Shown: in pieces, positions 50,001-62,000 of the stretch
Numbering within the stretch: position 1 is the stretch's first letter
Layout of the letters: every line of letters begins with the position of its first letter
NCBI GenBank assembly: GCA_965240325.2
Contig: OZ251246.1
Location: forward strand, 124,001 to 188,000
Direction of reading: 5' to 3'
DNA length: 64,000 bases
From: Rebecca billardiae RCC1528
Lineage: Eukaryota; Protista; Haptophyta
Position numbers and translations under genes: made by a program
The notes under the pieces: generated by a model
Seen by the model: only the letters and a program-made list of their open reading frames with translations
What the model was told of the DNA's origin: nothing
Databases searched by the model: none

Positions 50001-53000
50001 GGCGGCGACGGAGGGGCGGCCGGCGGAGGCGAAGGCGGCGGGGACGGCGGCGGCGACGGCGGAGGCACGGGTGGCGGAGGCGAGGGCGGTGGGCTCGGCG
50101 GAGGAGACGGCGGCGGGCTTGGCGGCGGTGCCGGGGGCGACGGTGGCGGGAACGGCTCCGTGCGCGGCGGCGGCGGCAGAGCAGGCGGCGGGCTAGGCGG
50201 CGGAGATGGCGGCGGAGACGGCGGCGGTGACGGAGGCGGCGTCGGAGGCGGAGGGCTCGGCGGCGGACGCGGCGGTGGGCTCGGCGGCGGGCTGGGAGGC
50301 GGCAACGGCGGTGGCGACGGTGGCGGCGCTGGCACAGCAGCCGGCGGTGGCGGGCTCGGTGGCGGGCTGGGCGGCGGGCTGGGCGGTGGCGAAGGTGGCG
50401 GTGCCGGAGGCGCCGCAGGCGGGGGCGACGGAGGCGGTGCCGGCGGCGGCGATGGCGGCGGCCGCGGCGTCACCACCGGTGGTGGCGGGCTTGGCGGCGG
50501 AGACGGTGGCGGTGCCGGAGGGGCGGCCGGCGGAGGCGAAGGCGGCGGGAACGGCGGCGGCGACGGCGGTGGCACGGGCGGCGGAGGCGAAGGCGGTGGG
50601 CTCGGTGGAGGAGACGGTGGCGGGCTTGGCGGCGGTGCCGGAGGTGACGGTGGCGGGAACGGCTCCGTGCGCGGCGGCGGTGGCGGCGCAGGCGGCGGGC
50701 TCGGTGGCGGAGACGGAGGCGGGCTCGGTGGCGGAGACGGCGGCGGAGTCGGAGGCGGAGGGCTCGGCGGCGGACGCGGCGGTGGGCTCGGCGGAGGGCT
50801 GGGCGGCGGCAAAGGTGGTGGCGACGGTGGTGGCGCAGGCACAGCAGCCGGCGGTGGCGGGCTCGGTGGCGGGCTGGGTGGCGGGCTGGGCGGCGCACTC
50901 GGCGGTGGTGACGGTGGCGGCAAGGGCGGTGCCCCAGGTGGCGGCGAAGGTGGAGGCGCCGGCGAAGGCGAAGGAGGCGGCAACGGCGTCTCCAGCGGTG
51001 GCGGCGGGCTCGGCGGTGGGGACGGCGGCGGGGAAGGCGGCGGCGAGGGCGGCGGTGACGGCGGCAGACTCGGCGGTGGCGAAGGCGGCGGCACGGGAGG
51101 CGGAGGCGACGGCGGCGGAGACGGCGGCGGCGATGGTGGCGGGCTTGGCGGCGGTGCCGGCGGCGACGGCGGCGGGAACGGCTCCGTGCGCGGCGGCGGT
51201 GGCGGCGCAGGCGGCGGGCTCGGTGGCGGAGACGGAGGCGGGCTCGGTGGCGGAGACGGCGGCGGAGTCGGAGGCGGAGGGCTCGGCGGCGGACGCGGCG
51301 GTGGGCTCGGCGGCGGGCTGGGAGGCGGCAACGGCGGTGGCGACGGTGGCGGCGCTGGCACAGCAGCCGGCGGTGGCGGGCTCGGTGGCGGGCTGGGCGG
51401 CGGGCTGGGCGGTGGCGAAGGTGGCGGTGCCGGAGGCGCCGCAGGCGGGGGCGACGGGGGCGGTGCCGGCGGCGGCGATGGCGGCGGCCGCGGCGTCACC
51501 ACCGGTGGTGGCGGGCTTGGCGGCGGAGACGGTGGCGGCGACGGAGGGGCGGCCGGCGGAGGCGAAGGCGGCGGGAACGGCGGCGGCGAAGGCGGTGGCA
51601 CGGGCGGCGGAGGCGAGGGCGGTGGGCTCGGCGGAGGAGACGGCGGCGGGATTGGCGGAGGTGCCGGAGGCGACGGTGGCGGGAAGGGCTCCGTGCGCGG
51701 CGGAGGCGGCGGCGCAGGCGGCGGGCTTGGCGGCGGCGACGGTGCCGGAGACGGCGGCGGAGAGGGCGGCGGCGTCGGAGGCGGAGGGCTCGGCGGCGGA
51801 CGCGGCGGCGGGCTTGGCGGTGGAGACGGCGGCGCCGACGGCGGCGGCGACGGCGGCGGTGTAGGCACAGCAGCCGGCGGTGGCGGGCTCGGTGGCGGGC
51901 TGGGAGGCGGGCTCGGTGGCGGTCTGGGCGGCGGTGACGGTGGCGGCGCGGGCGGCACCCCAGGCGGCGGCGAAGGTGGCGGCGACGGCGGAGGCGACGG
52001 AGGCGGCAACGGCGTCTCCAGCGGTGGTGGCGGGCTCGGCGGTGGGGACGGCGGCGGGGAAGGCGGCGGCGAGGGCGGCGGTGACGGCGGCAGACTCGGC
52101 GGTGGCGAAGGTGGCGGCACGGGAGGCGGAGGCGACGGCGGCGGAGACGGCGGCGGCGATGGTGGCGGGCTTGGCGGCGGTGCCGGCGGCGACGGCGGCG
52201 GGAACGGCTCCGTGCGCGGCGGCGGCGGCGGTGCGGGCGGCGGGCTAGGCGGCGGAGATGGCGGCGGAGACGGCGGCGGAGATGGCGGCGGCGTCGGAGG
52301 CGGAGGGCTCGGCGGCGGACGCGGCGGTGGGCTCGGCGGCGGGCTGGGAGGCGGCAACGGCGGTGGCGACGGTGGCGGCGCTGGCACAGCAGCCGGCGGT
52401 GGCGGGCTCGGTGGCGGGCTCGGTGGCGGGCTCGGCGGTGGCGAAGGGGGCGGCGCCGGAGGCGCCGCAGGCGGGGGCGACGGAGGCGGTGCCGGCGGCG
52501 GCGATGGCGGCGGCCGCGGCGTCACCACCGGTGGTGGCGGGCTTGGCGGCGGAGACGGTGGCGGCGACGGAGGGGCGGCCGGCGGAGGCGAAGGCGGCGG
52601 GAACGGCGGAGGCGAAGGCGGTGGCACGGGCGGCGGAGGCGAGGGCGGTGGGCTCGGTGGAGGAGACGGTGGCGGGCTTGGCGGCGGTGCCGGAGGTGAC
52701 GGTGGCGGGAAGGGCTCCGTGCGCGGCGGAGGTGGCGGCGCAGGCGGCGGGCTCGGTGGCGGAGACGGAGGCGGGCTCGGTGGCGGAGACGGCGGCGGAG
52801 TCGGAGGCGGAGGGCTCGGCGGCGGACGCGGCGGTGGGCTCGGCGGAGGGCTGGGCGGCGGCAAAGGTGGTGGCGACGGTGGTGGCGCAGGCACAGCAGC
52901 CGGCGGTGGCGGGCTCGGTGGCGGGCTGGGTGGCGGGCTGGGCGGCGCACTCGGCGGTGGTGACGGTGGCGGCAAGGGCGGTGCCCCAGGTGGCGGCGAA

Positions 53001-56000
53001 GGTGGAGGCGCCGGCGGAGGCGAAGGAGGCGGCAACGGCGTCTCCAGCGGTGGCGGCGGGCTCGGAGGCGGCGAGGGCGGCGGGGATGGCGGCGGCGAGG
53101 GCGGCGCTAACGGCGGCGGGCTCGGCGGTGGCGACGGTGGCGGCACCGGCGGCGGAGGCGACGGCGGCGGAGACGGCGGCGGCGATGGCGGAGGCGACGG
53201 TGGCGGGGCCGGCGGCGACGGTGGCGGGAACGGCTCCGTGCGCGGCGGCGGCGGCGGTGCGGGCGGCGGGCTAGGCGGCGGAGATGGCGGCGGAGACGGC
53301 GGCGGAGACGGCGGCGGCGTCGGAGGCGGAGGGCTCGGCGGCGGACGCGGCGGTGGGCTCGGCGGCGGGCTGGGAGGCGGCAACGGCGGTGGCGACGGTG
53401 GCGGCGCTGGCACAGCAGCCGGCGGTGGCGGGCTCGGTGGCGGGCTGGGCGGCGGGCTGGGCGGTGGCGAAGGTGGCGGTGCCGGAGGCGTCGCAGGCGG
53501 GGGCGACGGAGGCGGTGCCGGCGGCGGCGATGGCGGCGGCCGCGGCGTCACCACCGGTGGTGGCGGGCTTGGCGGCGGAGACGGTGGCGGCGACGGAGGG
53601 GCGGCCGGCGGAGGCGAAGGCGGCGGGAACGGCGGCGGCAAAGGCGGTGGCACGGGCGGCGGCGGCGACGGCGGTGGGCTCGGTGGAGGAGACGGTGGCG
53701 GGCTTGGCGGCGGTGCCGGAGGCGACGGTGGCGGGAAGGGCTCCGTGCGCGGCGGCGGTGGCGGCGCAGGCGGCGGGCTCGGTGGCGGAGACGGAGGCGG
53801 GCTCGGTGGCGGAGACGGCGGCGGAGTCGGAGGCGGAGGGCTCGGCGGCGGACGCGGCGGTGGGCTCGGCGGAGGGCTGGGCGGCGGCAAAGGTGGTGGC
53901 GACGGTGGTGGCGCAGGCACAGCAGCCGGCGGTGGCGGGCTCGGTGGCGGGCTGGGTGGCGGGCTGGGCGGCGCACTCGGCGGTGGTGACGGTGGCGGCA
54001 AGGGCGGTGCCCCAGGTGGCGGCGAAGGTGGAGGCGCCGGCGGAGGCGAAGGAGGCGGCAACGGCGTCTCCAGCGGTGGCGGCGGGCTCGGCGGTGGGGA
54101 CGGCGGCGGGGAAGGCGGCGGCGAGGGCGGCGGTGACGGCGGCAGACTCGGCGGTGGCGAAGGTGGCGGCACCGGCGGCGGAGGCGACGGCGGCGGAGAC
54201 GGCGGCGGCGATGGCGGAGGCGACGGTGGCGGGGCCGGCGGCGACGGTGGCGGGAACGGCTCCGTGCGCGGCGGCGGAGGCGGTGCGGGCGGCGGGCTAG
54301 GCGGCGGAGACGGAGGCGGGCTCGGTGGCGGAGACGGCGGCGGAGTCGGAGGCGGAGGGCTCGGCGGCGGACGCGGCGGTGGGCTCGGCGGAGGGCTGGG
54401 CGGCGGCAAAGGTGGTGGCGACGGCGGCGGTGTAGGCACAGCAGCCGGCGGTGGCGGGCTCGGTGGCGGGCTGGGTGGCGGGCTGGGCGGCGCACTCGGC
54501 GGTGGGGACGGTGGCGGCAATGGCGGTGCCCCAGGTGGCGGCGAAGGTGGAGGCGCCGGCGGAGGCGAAGGAGGCGGCAACGGCGTCTCCAGCGGTGGCG
54601 GCGGGCTCGGCGGTGGGGACGGCGGCGGGGAAGGCGGCGGCGAGGGCGGCGGTGACGGCGGCAGACTCGGCGGTGGCGAAGGTGGCGGCACGGGAGGCGG
54701 AGGCGACGGCGGCGGAGACGGCGGCGGCGATGGTGGCGGGCTTGGCGGCGGTGCCGGCGGCGACGGCGGCGGGAACGGCTCCGTGCGCGGCGGCGGCGGC
54801 GGTGCGGGCGGCGAGCTAGGCGGCGGAGATGGCGGCGGAGACGGCGGCGGAGACGGCGGCAACGTCGGAGGCGGAGGGCTCGGCGGCGGACGCGGCGGTG
54901 GGCTTGGCGGTGGAGACGGCGGCGCCGACGGCGGCGGCGACGGCGGCGGCGTAGGCACAGCAGCCGGCGGCGGCGGGCTCGGTGGCGGGCTGGGAGGCGG
55001 GCTCGGTGGCGGGCTGGGCGGCGGTGACGGTGGCGGCGCGGGCGGCACCCCAGGCGGCGGCGAAGGTGGCGGCGACGGCGGAGGCGACGGAGGCGGCAAC
55101 GGCGTCTCCAGCGGTGGTGGCGGGCTCGGCGGTGGGGACGGCGGCGGGGAAGGCGGCGGCGAGGGCGGCGGTGACGGCGGCAGACTCGGCGGTGGCGAAG
55201 GTGGCGGCACGGGAGGCGGAGGCGACGGCGGCGGAGACGGCGGCGGCGATGGTGGCGGGCTTGGCGGCGGTGCCGGCGGCGACGGCGGCGGGAACGGCTC
55301 CGTGCGCGGCGGCGGCGGCGGTGCGGGCGGCGGGCTAGGCGGCGGAGATGGCGGCGGAGACGGCGGCGGAGACGGCGGCGGCGTCGGAGGCGGAGGGCTC
55401 GGCGGCGGACGCGGCGGTGGGCTCGGCGGCGGGCTGGGAGGCGGCAACGGCGGTGGCGACGGTGGCGGCGCTGGCACAGCAGCCGGCGGTGGCGGGCTCG
55501 GTGGCGGGCTCGGTGGCGCACTCGGCGGTGGCGAAGGTGGCGGTGCCGGAGGCGCCGCAGGCGGGGGCGACGGAGGCGGTGCCGGCGGCGGCGATGGCGG
55601 CGGCCGCGGCGTCGCCACCGGTGGTGGCGGGCTTGGCGGCGGAGACGGTGGCGGCGACGGAGGGGCGGCCGGCGGAGGCGAAGGCGGCGGGATCGGCGGC
55701 GGCGAAGGCGGTGGCACGGGCGGCGGAGGCGAGGGCGGCGGGCTCGGCGGAGGAGACGGCGGCGGGCTTGGCGGCGGTGCCGGCGGCGACGGCGGCGGAA
55801 GCGGATCCGTGCGCGGCGGAGGCGGCGGCGCAGGCGGCGGGCTTGGCGGCGGCGACGGTGCCGGAGACGGCGGCGGAGAGGGCGGCGGCGTCGGAGGCGG
55901 AGGGCTCGGCGGCGGACGCGGCGGCGGGCTTGGCGGCGGTGACGGCGGCGTCGACGGCGGCGGCGACGGCGGCGGCGTAGGCACAGCAGCCGGCGGTGGC

Positions 56001-59000
56001 GGGCTCGGTGGCGGGCTGGGTGGCGGGCTGGGTGGCGGGCTGGGCGGCGGGCTCGGTGGCAGGCTGGGCGGAGGGCTCGGCGGTGGCGACGGTAGCGGCG
56101 CGGGCGGCGCCGCAGGCGGAGGCGACGGCGGAGGCGAAGGCGGCGGCGACGGAGGCGGCAACGGCGTCTCCAGCGGTGGTGGCGGGCTCGGCGGAGGCGA
56201 CGGCGGCGGCGATGGCGGCGGCACAGGCGGCTGCGAGGGCGGCGGCGAAGGCGGTGGCGACGGTGGCGACAACGGCGGCGGTGGCGACGGTGGTGGCGAC
56301 GGCGGCGGCGAAGGCGGCGGGCTAGGTGGCGGCGCCGGCGGCGACGGAGGCGGGAACGGATCCGTGCGCGGCGGCGGCGGCGGCGCAGGTGGCGGGCTCG
56401 GCGGGGGCGAAGGCAGCGGGGACGGTGGCGGAGACGGTGGCGGAGCCGGAGGCGGCGGACTCGGCGGCGGAGACGGCGGCGGAGATGGCGGAGGGCTCGG
56501 CGGAGCCGACGGCGGCGGTGACGGCGGCGGCGCAGGCACAGCGACTGGCGGCGGCGGACTCGGTGGCGGGCTGGGTGGCGGGCTGGGCGGCGCACTCGGC
56601 GGCGGCGACGGTGGCGGCGCGGGCGGTGCCCCAGGCGGCGGCGAAGGCGGCGGTGCTGGTGGCGGTGACGGTGGTGGCAATGGCGTCGCAACCGGTGGCG
56701 GCGGGCTCGGCGGCGGCGATGGAGGCGGCGAGGGCGGTGGCGAGGGCGGTGGCGAAGGCGGGGCGCGTGGCGGCGGAGATGGCGGCGGCACCGGCGGCGG
56801 AGGAGAAGGCGGCGGCGACGGCGGTGGAGATGGCGGTGGGCTTGGCGGCGGCGACGGAGGCGACGGCGGCGGGAACGGCTCTGCACGTGGCGGTGGCGGC
56901 GGCTGCGGAGGCGGGCTAGGCGGCGGCGACGGCGGCGGGCTGGGCGGAGGAGACGGCGGCGGCGCTGGTGGTGGCGGGCTCGGCGGTGGCCGCGGCGGAG
57001 GGCTCGGTGGCACGCTCGGTGGCGGGCTTGGTGGCGGAGACGGCGGCGGGGCCGGTGCAGCCACTGGCGGCGGTGGGCTTGGCGGGGGACTCGGAGGCGG
57101 GCTCGGCGGTATAGACGGAGGCGGCGACGGTGGAGGTGCCGGCGGCGCCGCAGGTGGCGGCGACGGCGGCGGTGCTGGGGGAAGCGACGGTGGGGGCGAC
57201 GGCGGCGGCGCAGGCGAGCCCACCGGTGGCGGCGGGCTCGGCGGTGGCGATGGCGGCTGCGACGGTGGTGGCGAAGGCGGAGGGGCAGGCGGCGGGGACG
57301 GAGGCGGCGTGGGTCCCGGCGGCGGGGACGGTGGCGGGGTGGGCGGTGGGCTGGGCGGCGGAGCCGGGGCAGGGGGAGGCGATGGCGGCGGCGATGGCGG
57401 CGGCAGTGGCGGTGGCTGCGGCGGTGGCGAAGGGGGCGGCAGCGGAGGCAGCGGTGGCGGCGATGGAGGCGGCGATGGCGGTGGGGATGGTGGCGGCGAC
57501 GGCGGTGGCACAGGTGGCGGGGCGGGCGGCGCCGCCGGAGGCGGCGGACTCGGCGGTGGCGCCGGAGGCGGCGGCGACGGTGGCGGTAGCGGTGGCGGTG
57601 GCAGCGGAGGCCCAATCACCACTGTCGAGAGCAGCGGCGTGAACGTGTACAGGAAGTCGGCGTAGAACTGCGCGGAGGAGCCGAGGAACGGGAACTTGCG
57701 GTCGTCCGCGCCGTTGCCCAGCGCGTCCGTCGTCTCGATCATCACAGCAACGCCCAACGACCCGCTGAGCGCCTGCGGCCACCCGCCGCTCGGGTACACG
57801 CCCACGCTGAACACGCCGTTGGCGTACTCGCCGCGCCCCACCCAGTAGCCTTCGGTCGACGTGCCGTTGTCCGTGCCGTTCACGTACACTGGCGTGTATG
57901 ACGCAGTGGCCGCGCCGATCTCGAAGAAGACGCTCGTCTGGCTGTCGTCGGCGACGGTGTTGTCGTCCTTCGTCACGACGACGGACACCACGAGCGGGTC
58001 GCTCGTGCCGACGCCAACGGCCCCCGACGTGATGCTGTAGCTCGTCAGGAAGCGGTACTTGCCCGCGACTGCGCGCAGCAGGTACTGCACATCCTGCGCG
58101 CCCGTGCTGTTGTCCAGCGTCGGGTCGAGCGCGGACGCGCACGTCGTCAGCCCGGACACGCCGATGACGAACTGCGAGAGCACGCGCACGTCGAATGAGG
58201 TCAGGGCGCAGTCACCGTTCACATCGCCGGCGACGCCAGCCGAGCAGCCCGAGCACTCCGCCAGCCGCCGCGCGCGCGCCGCCCGGCTCGACTCGGTCGG
58301 CACAAACAGGGGCGGCACGTACTCAGCGGCCAGCGCGAGCGCGCGCCGCCGGCTGACGGTCGTCGTGAGGCCGCCTGCGCCCGCGAAGATGTCGGCGTTC
58401 TGCACGCGCGTCTCGGTCGCGCCCTGCACGGTCACGAGCTCGACGATGCTTCCCGTCAGCGACGTGCTCGCCGAGGACAGCACGTCGAATGTGACGGAGC
58501 CGATCGAGGCGGCAGTGCCGCTGGTGATCTGCGATGCCGTGTTGCCCACAAACCTGACCTCGTTCAGCGGATCGTTGATCGTGCACTCGGCCCACGAGAG
58601 CGTGCTGCACGACGTCGCGACCAGGACAGCGCTGTCGATGGCCAGCTCGATCTGGAAGTTGACCAGGTACTCCGAGCCGCCACCCGTGTTCACGCGCACG
58701 GGCACCGTCAGCGAGTTGCCAGACTGCTGGAACTGCAGTCCGCTCGCTGAGCCGAGGTCCACGTCGTACGTGCCAGGCTGCAGGTTCGCCGTCACGTCGA
58801 GGGCGTCGGCCACCGCGCCGGCATCGCGCGACGTCGCGGTGATCGAGTTCGCCGCGTCACGGCTGTTGCCGGCGATCGTCACCACGCCGTTCGGGTCGAC
58901 GCCGAGCACGGCCGCGTCGTCGCTCTCAAAGCTGAGCACCTCTGACACGCTCACGTACCCCAGCGACATCAGGTTGGTGTACTGCACGCCGTCCTCGAGC

Positions 59001-62000
59001 GTGACGAGCGCGCTCAGCGTGCTCGACGTGCCGTTGGTGGCCAGCAGCGACGCGCCGGACGTCAAGCCGCCCAGGCCCAGCGTCAGCGCCGTCACCTTCA
59101 CCGCCGTCGCGTCGACGTAGACGGTGGCTGACGCTGTGAGCGTGCCCCACGTCGCGTTGATGAGCGCAACGCCCGCGCCCAGGCCGATGACAGTGCTGCC
59201 CGACGTGGTCGCGACGAGCGTGTTGTTCGACGCCAGCACCACCTCTGCGGCCAGCAGCGTGGGCGAGATCACCGTGCCGTCGCTTAGCGTGGCCGATGGC
59301 GTCGTGGCCGTGCGCTGGAACGTGGTGGACGCGCCGATCAGCCCGAGCGTGTCGTCGTCGAGCGTGATCTCGAATGACGCGCCAGCAGCCGTCACGACCG
59401 GCACCTCGACGAAGCCACTGAGGAGGTACGAGTCGACGAAGACGGTCACGTTGAGCGCAGTGCACGTTGCACCGCTCGCCATCGTCACCTCGTTCACGCC
59501 GTCGAATGTGGCGCACGACGACGGCACCGAGAGCGTGATGTTGGTGCGCGGGTCGGTGGTGAAGTCCACCTGCGACTCGTCTTCAAACGTGACCGTGATC
59601 GTGACGGTGAGCGACGTGGGCAGCGACGTCGGCGGCTCGGCAGCAGGGTCGCCCGGCACGGTCACCTTGGCGGCCGATGTGCTCACGCCCACGCTCACCG
59701 CGTTCGGCAACTCTAGATCCACGCGCGCGCGGCCCGTCGCGAGCACGGCGCTGCACGAATCGATCCAGCTCGCGTCGAGGAGCAGGCCCTCCTGCGACGT
59801 GGCAAACGTTGCCACGGTAGCCGTCCACGGCGACGATGCGTCGCCCGGCGCACCGACGGTGAGACTCGACGTGCGGCTCGTCAGCGTGACCTCAGTCGAC
59901 GGCACGAGCTCGTACGAGCCGTCGCCGAGGTACGCGTACGTGTACACGCTCACCGTCTGCCCTTCGGCCGTGAGCGTCTGCCCGAGAGCAGCCGACGCGT
60001 CGAAGCCGCTCGTCGCGCCCACACTCAGCGTCGACGGCGGCGAGTCGATGAACGCGATCGAGTTGAACGCCACGGGCCGGAGCGATGCGATGAGGCGCTC
60101 CACGTCCGTCGACACCACGATCGTCGACGAGATCGACGGGCTCGAGCCAGATGCGCTGATCGCAGCCGAGCCAACGCCAACGCCCGTCACCATCACCACG
60201 CCGGTCGTGCCGGACGTGGAGATGCTCGCGACGCCGGCGTCGCCCGAGGCGAGCGTCGCGTCGCGCGTCACGTCCACGTTGCTCACCGTGCTCAGACCCG
60301 TGCCGCCAAACGACGCGACGAGGCTGGCCGTCGTCGACTGGAACGCCTGCGTGCCGCACTGGCCGGGCTGCGACGCGCCCTTGATGGCGAAGAGCGTACC
60401 GTACCCGAAGCGGATCTCTGCGGACAGCGGGTGCCACACGCACAGCGGCACGCTCGCGACCACCGCGCCGCTCGAGACGCGCGTCACGTTCACAAGAGTC
60501 GTCGCGGCGCCCGACGTGCTCGAGCTGCTCGCCACCACCGTGCACGGCGACCCTGAGCTGATGCCGAGCACGCTCGAGTCGAGCGCGAGGCACGAGTAGC
60601 CGCTCGACTGAGTGGCAGACGCAGTGGCGGCGCGGCTGTACAGCTCGAGCACGCTGAGCGCGGTGGTCACGTCGGTGCCGGAGAGCGGCGCGGTGTTGAC
60701 CAGCTCGCCCGAGGCGACGTATGCGAGCCAGCCCTGCACCACCACGGTCTCGACCACGAGCGTGCCGCTCGCTGACGCGCCGTCGTCCGCGTCGGCGACC
60801 ACGCCCGCCTGCTCGCTCACGTACACCTGCGTCGCGTCGTTCACGTACTGCTCGATCTCGACCGAGATGGCGCCGGCGTAGCTGCCAGCGGAGGCACCAC
60901 CGGCCACGCTCATCGCCAGCGTGATCAGCTCCACGGCCGTACCGGTCACCTGCGCGTTGGTCGTGCCACCGGTGAGCCCCGTCGCGATGATCGACACGAG
61001 GCCGGCCGCGTTGTCGTTCACCTCCGGTGAGTTGTACGTGCTCGCGACCGACGTGCTGGCGACGCTGAGCACGCTCGAGTTGTACGCAATGTTGATCTGC
61101 CAGGTGATCAGCGCGACGCCACCCGTGTGCGCATACATCACCAGGTCAAAGCTGTCGCCCGCGAACACGGGCGACTGCGCCATCTGGCCCAGCAGGCCGA
61201 CCGATGGGAGTGTGTACGCGGTCGGGCTCTCGGCGAGCGTGATCGCGCCCGCACGAGAGCACGAGTCGACTGTGCCGCCGCCGTAGTTGAAGTCGACGAG
61301 CACGTCGACGCTGCCCGCTGCGGCCGTGCTGAACCAGCCCGAGCTCACGGTGGCCGAGCACTCGCCCACGCCCGTCGTCGCGCTCGGCGAGCCGCACGAG
61401 AAGCTCTGGTCGGAGCCGCCCACCAGCGACAGCGTCAGGCTCACGCTCAGACCCGTGGTGAGCACGGACGAGCGGTGCGCCGCATCGCGAAGCTGGTACG
61501 CGACGCGCACGCCCGTGCGGTCTGCGTACGCCGTCGGCGTGCGCACCGCGCAGTCCACGCTCGCCGCCTGCTCGGCGGTCACGCTGTAGCTGCTCGCCAC
61601 GCCGAGATCGATGCCGTGCGACGCGGCGCGCACCGTGCCGGACGCGCCCACAGACGCCCCCGCCAAGAAGCCCACCGTCAAGTTGTGCCGGTTGCCGGCG
61701 CTGCTGACCGTGCCGTGCACAGCCGCGCCCGGGCTGCTGCTCGTCGTGTACAGCGTGATCTGAGCGTCCGAGACCAGCGCGTCCGCGCCGAACACGAACG
61801 GCGGAAGCGGCGGCGACGGCGGCGACGGCGGCGGGAATGGCAGCGTGCGCGGCGGCGGCGGGCTTGGCGGCGACGGCGGCGGGAACGGCGGCGGCGGGCT
61901 AGGCGGCGGCGATGGCGGTGGGCTCGGCGGCGGCAAGGGCGGCGAGCGCGGCTGCGGGGGCGGCGGAGACGGCGGCGGCGAAGGTGGAGGCGACGGCGGA

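Noticed and set aside
30627-57665. Very long Gly-rich + strand ORFs (30627..33905, 39456..44690, 48636..57665) and Arg/Ala-rich ORFs in other frames
   Set aside because: They are antisense or off-frame shadows of the Pro-rich giant ORF. Only the minus-strand frame runs through the globular modules.
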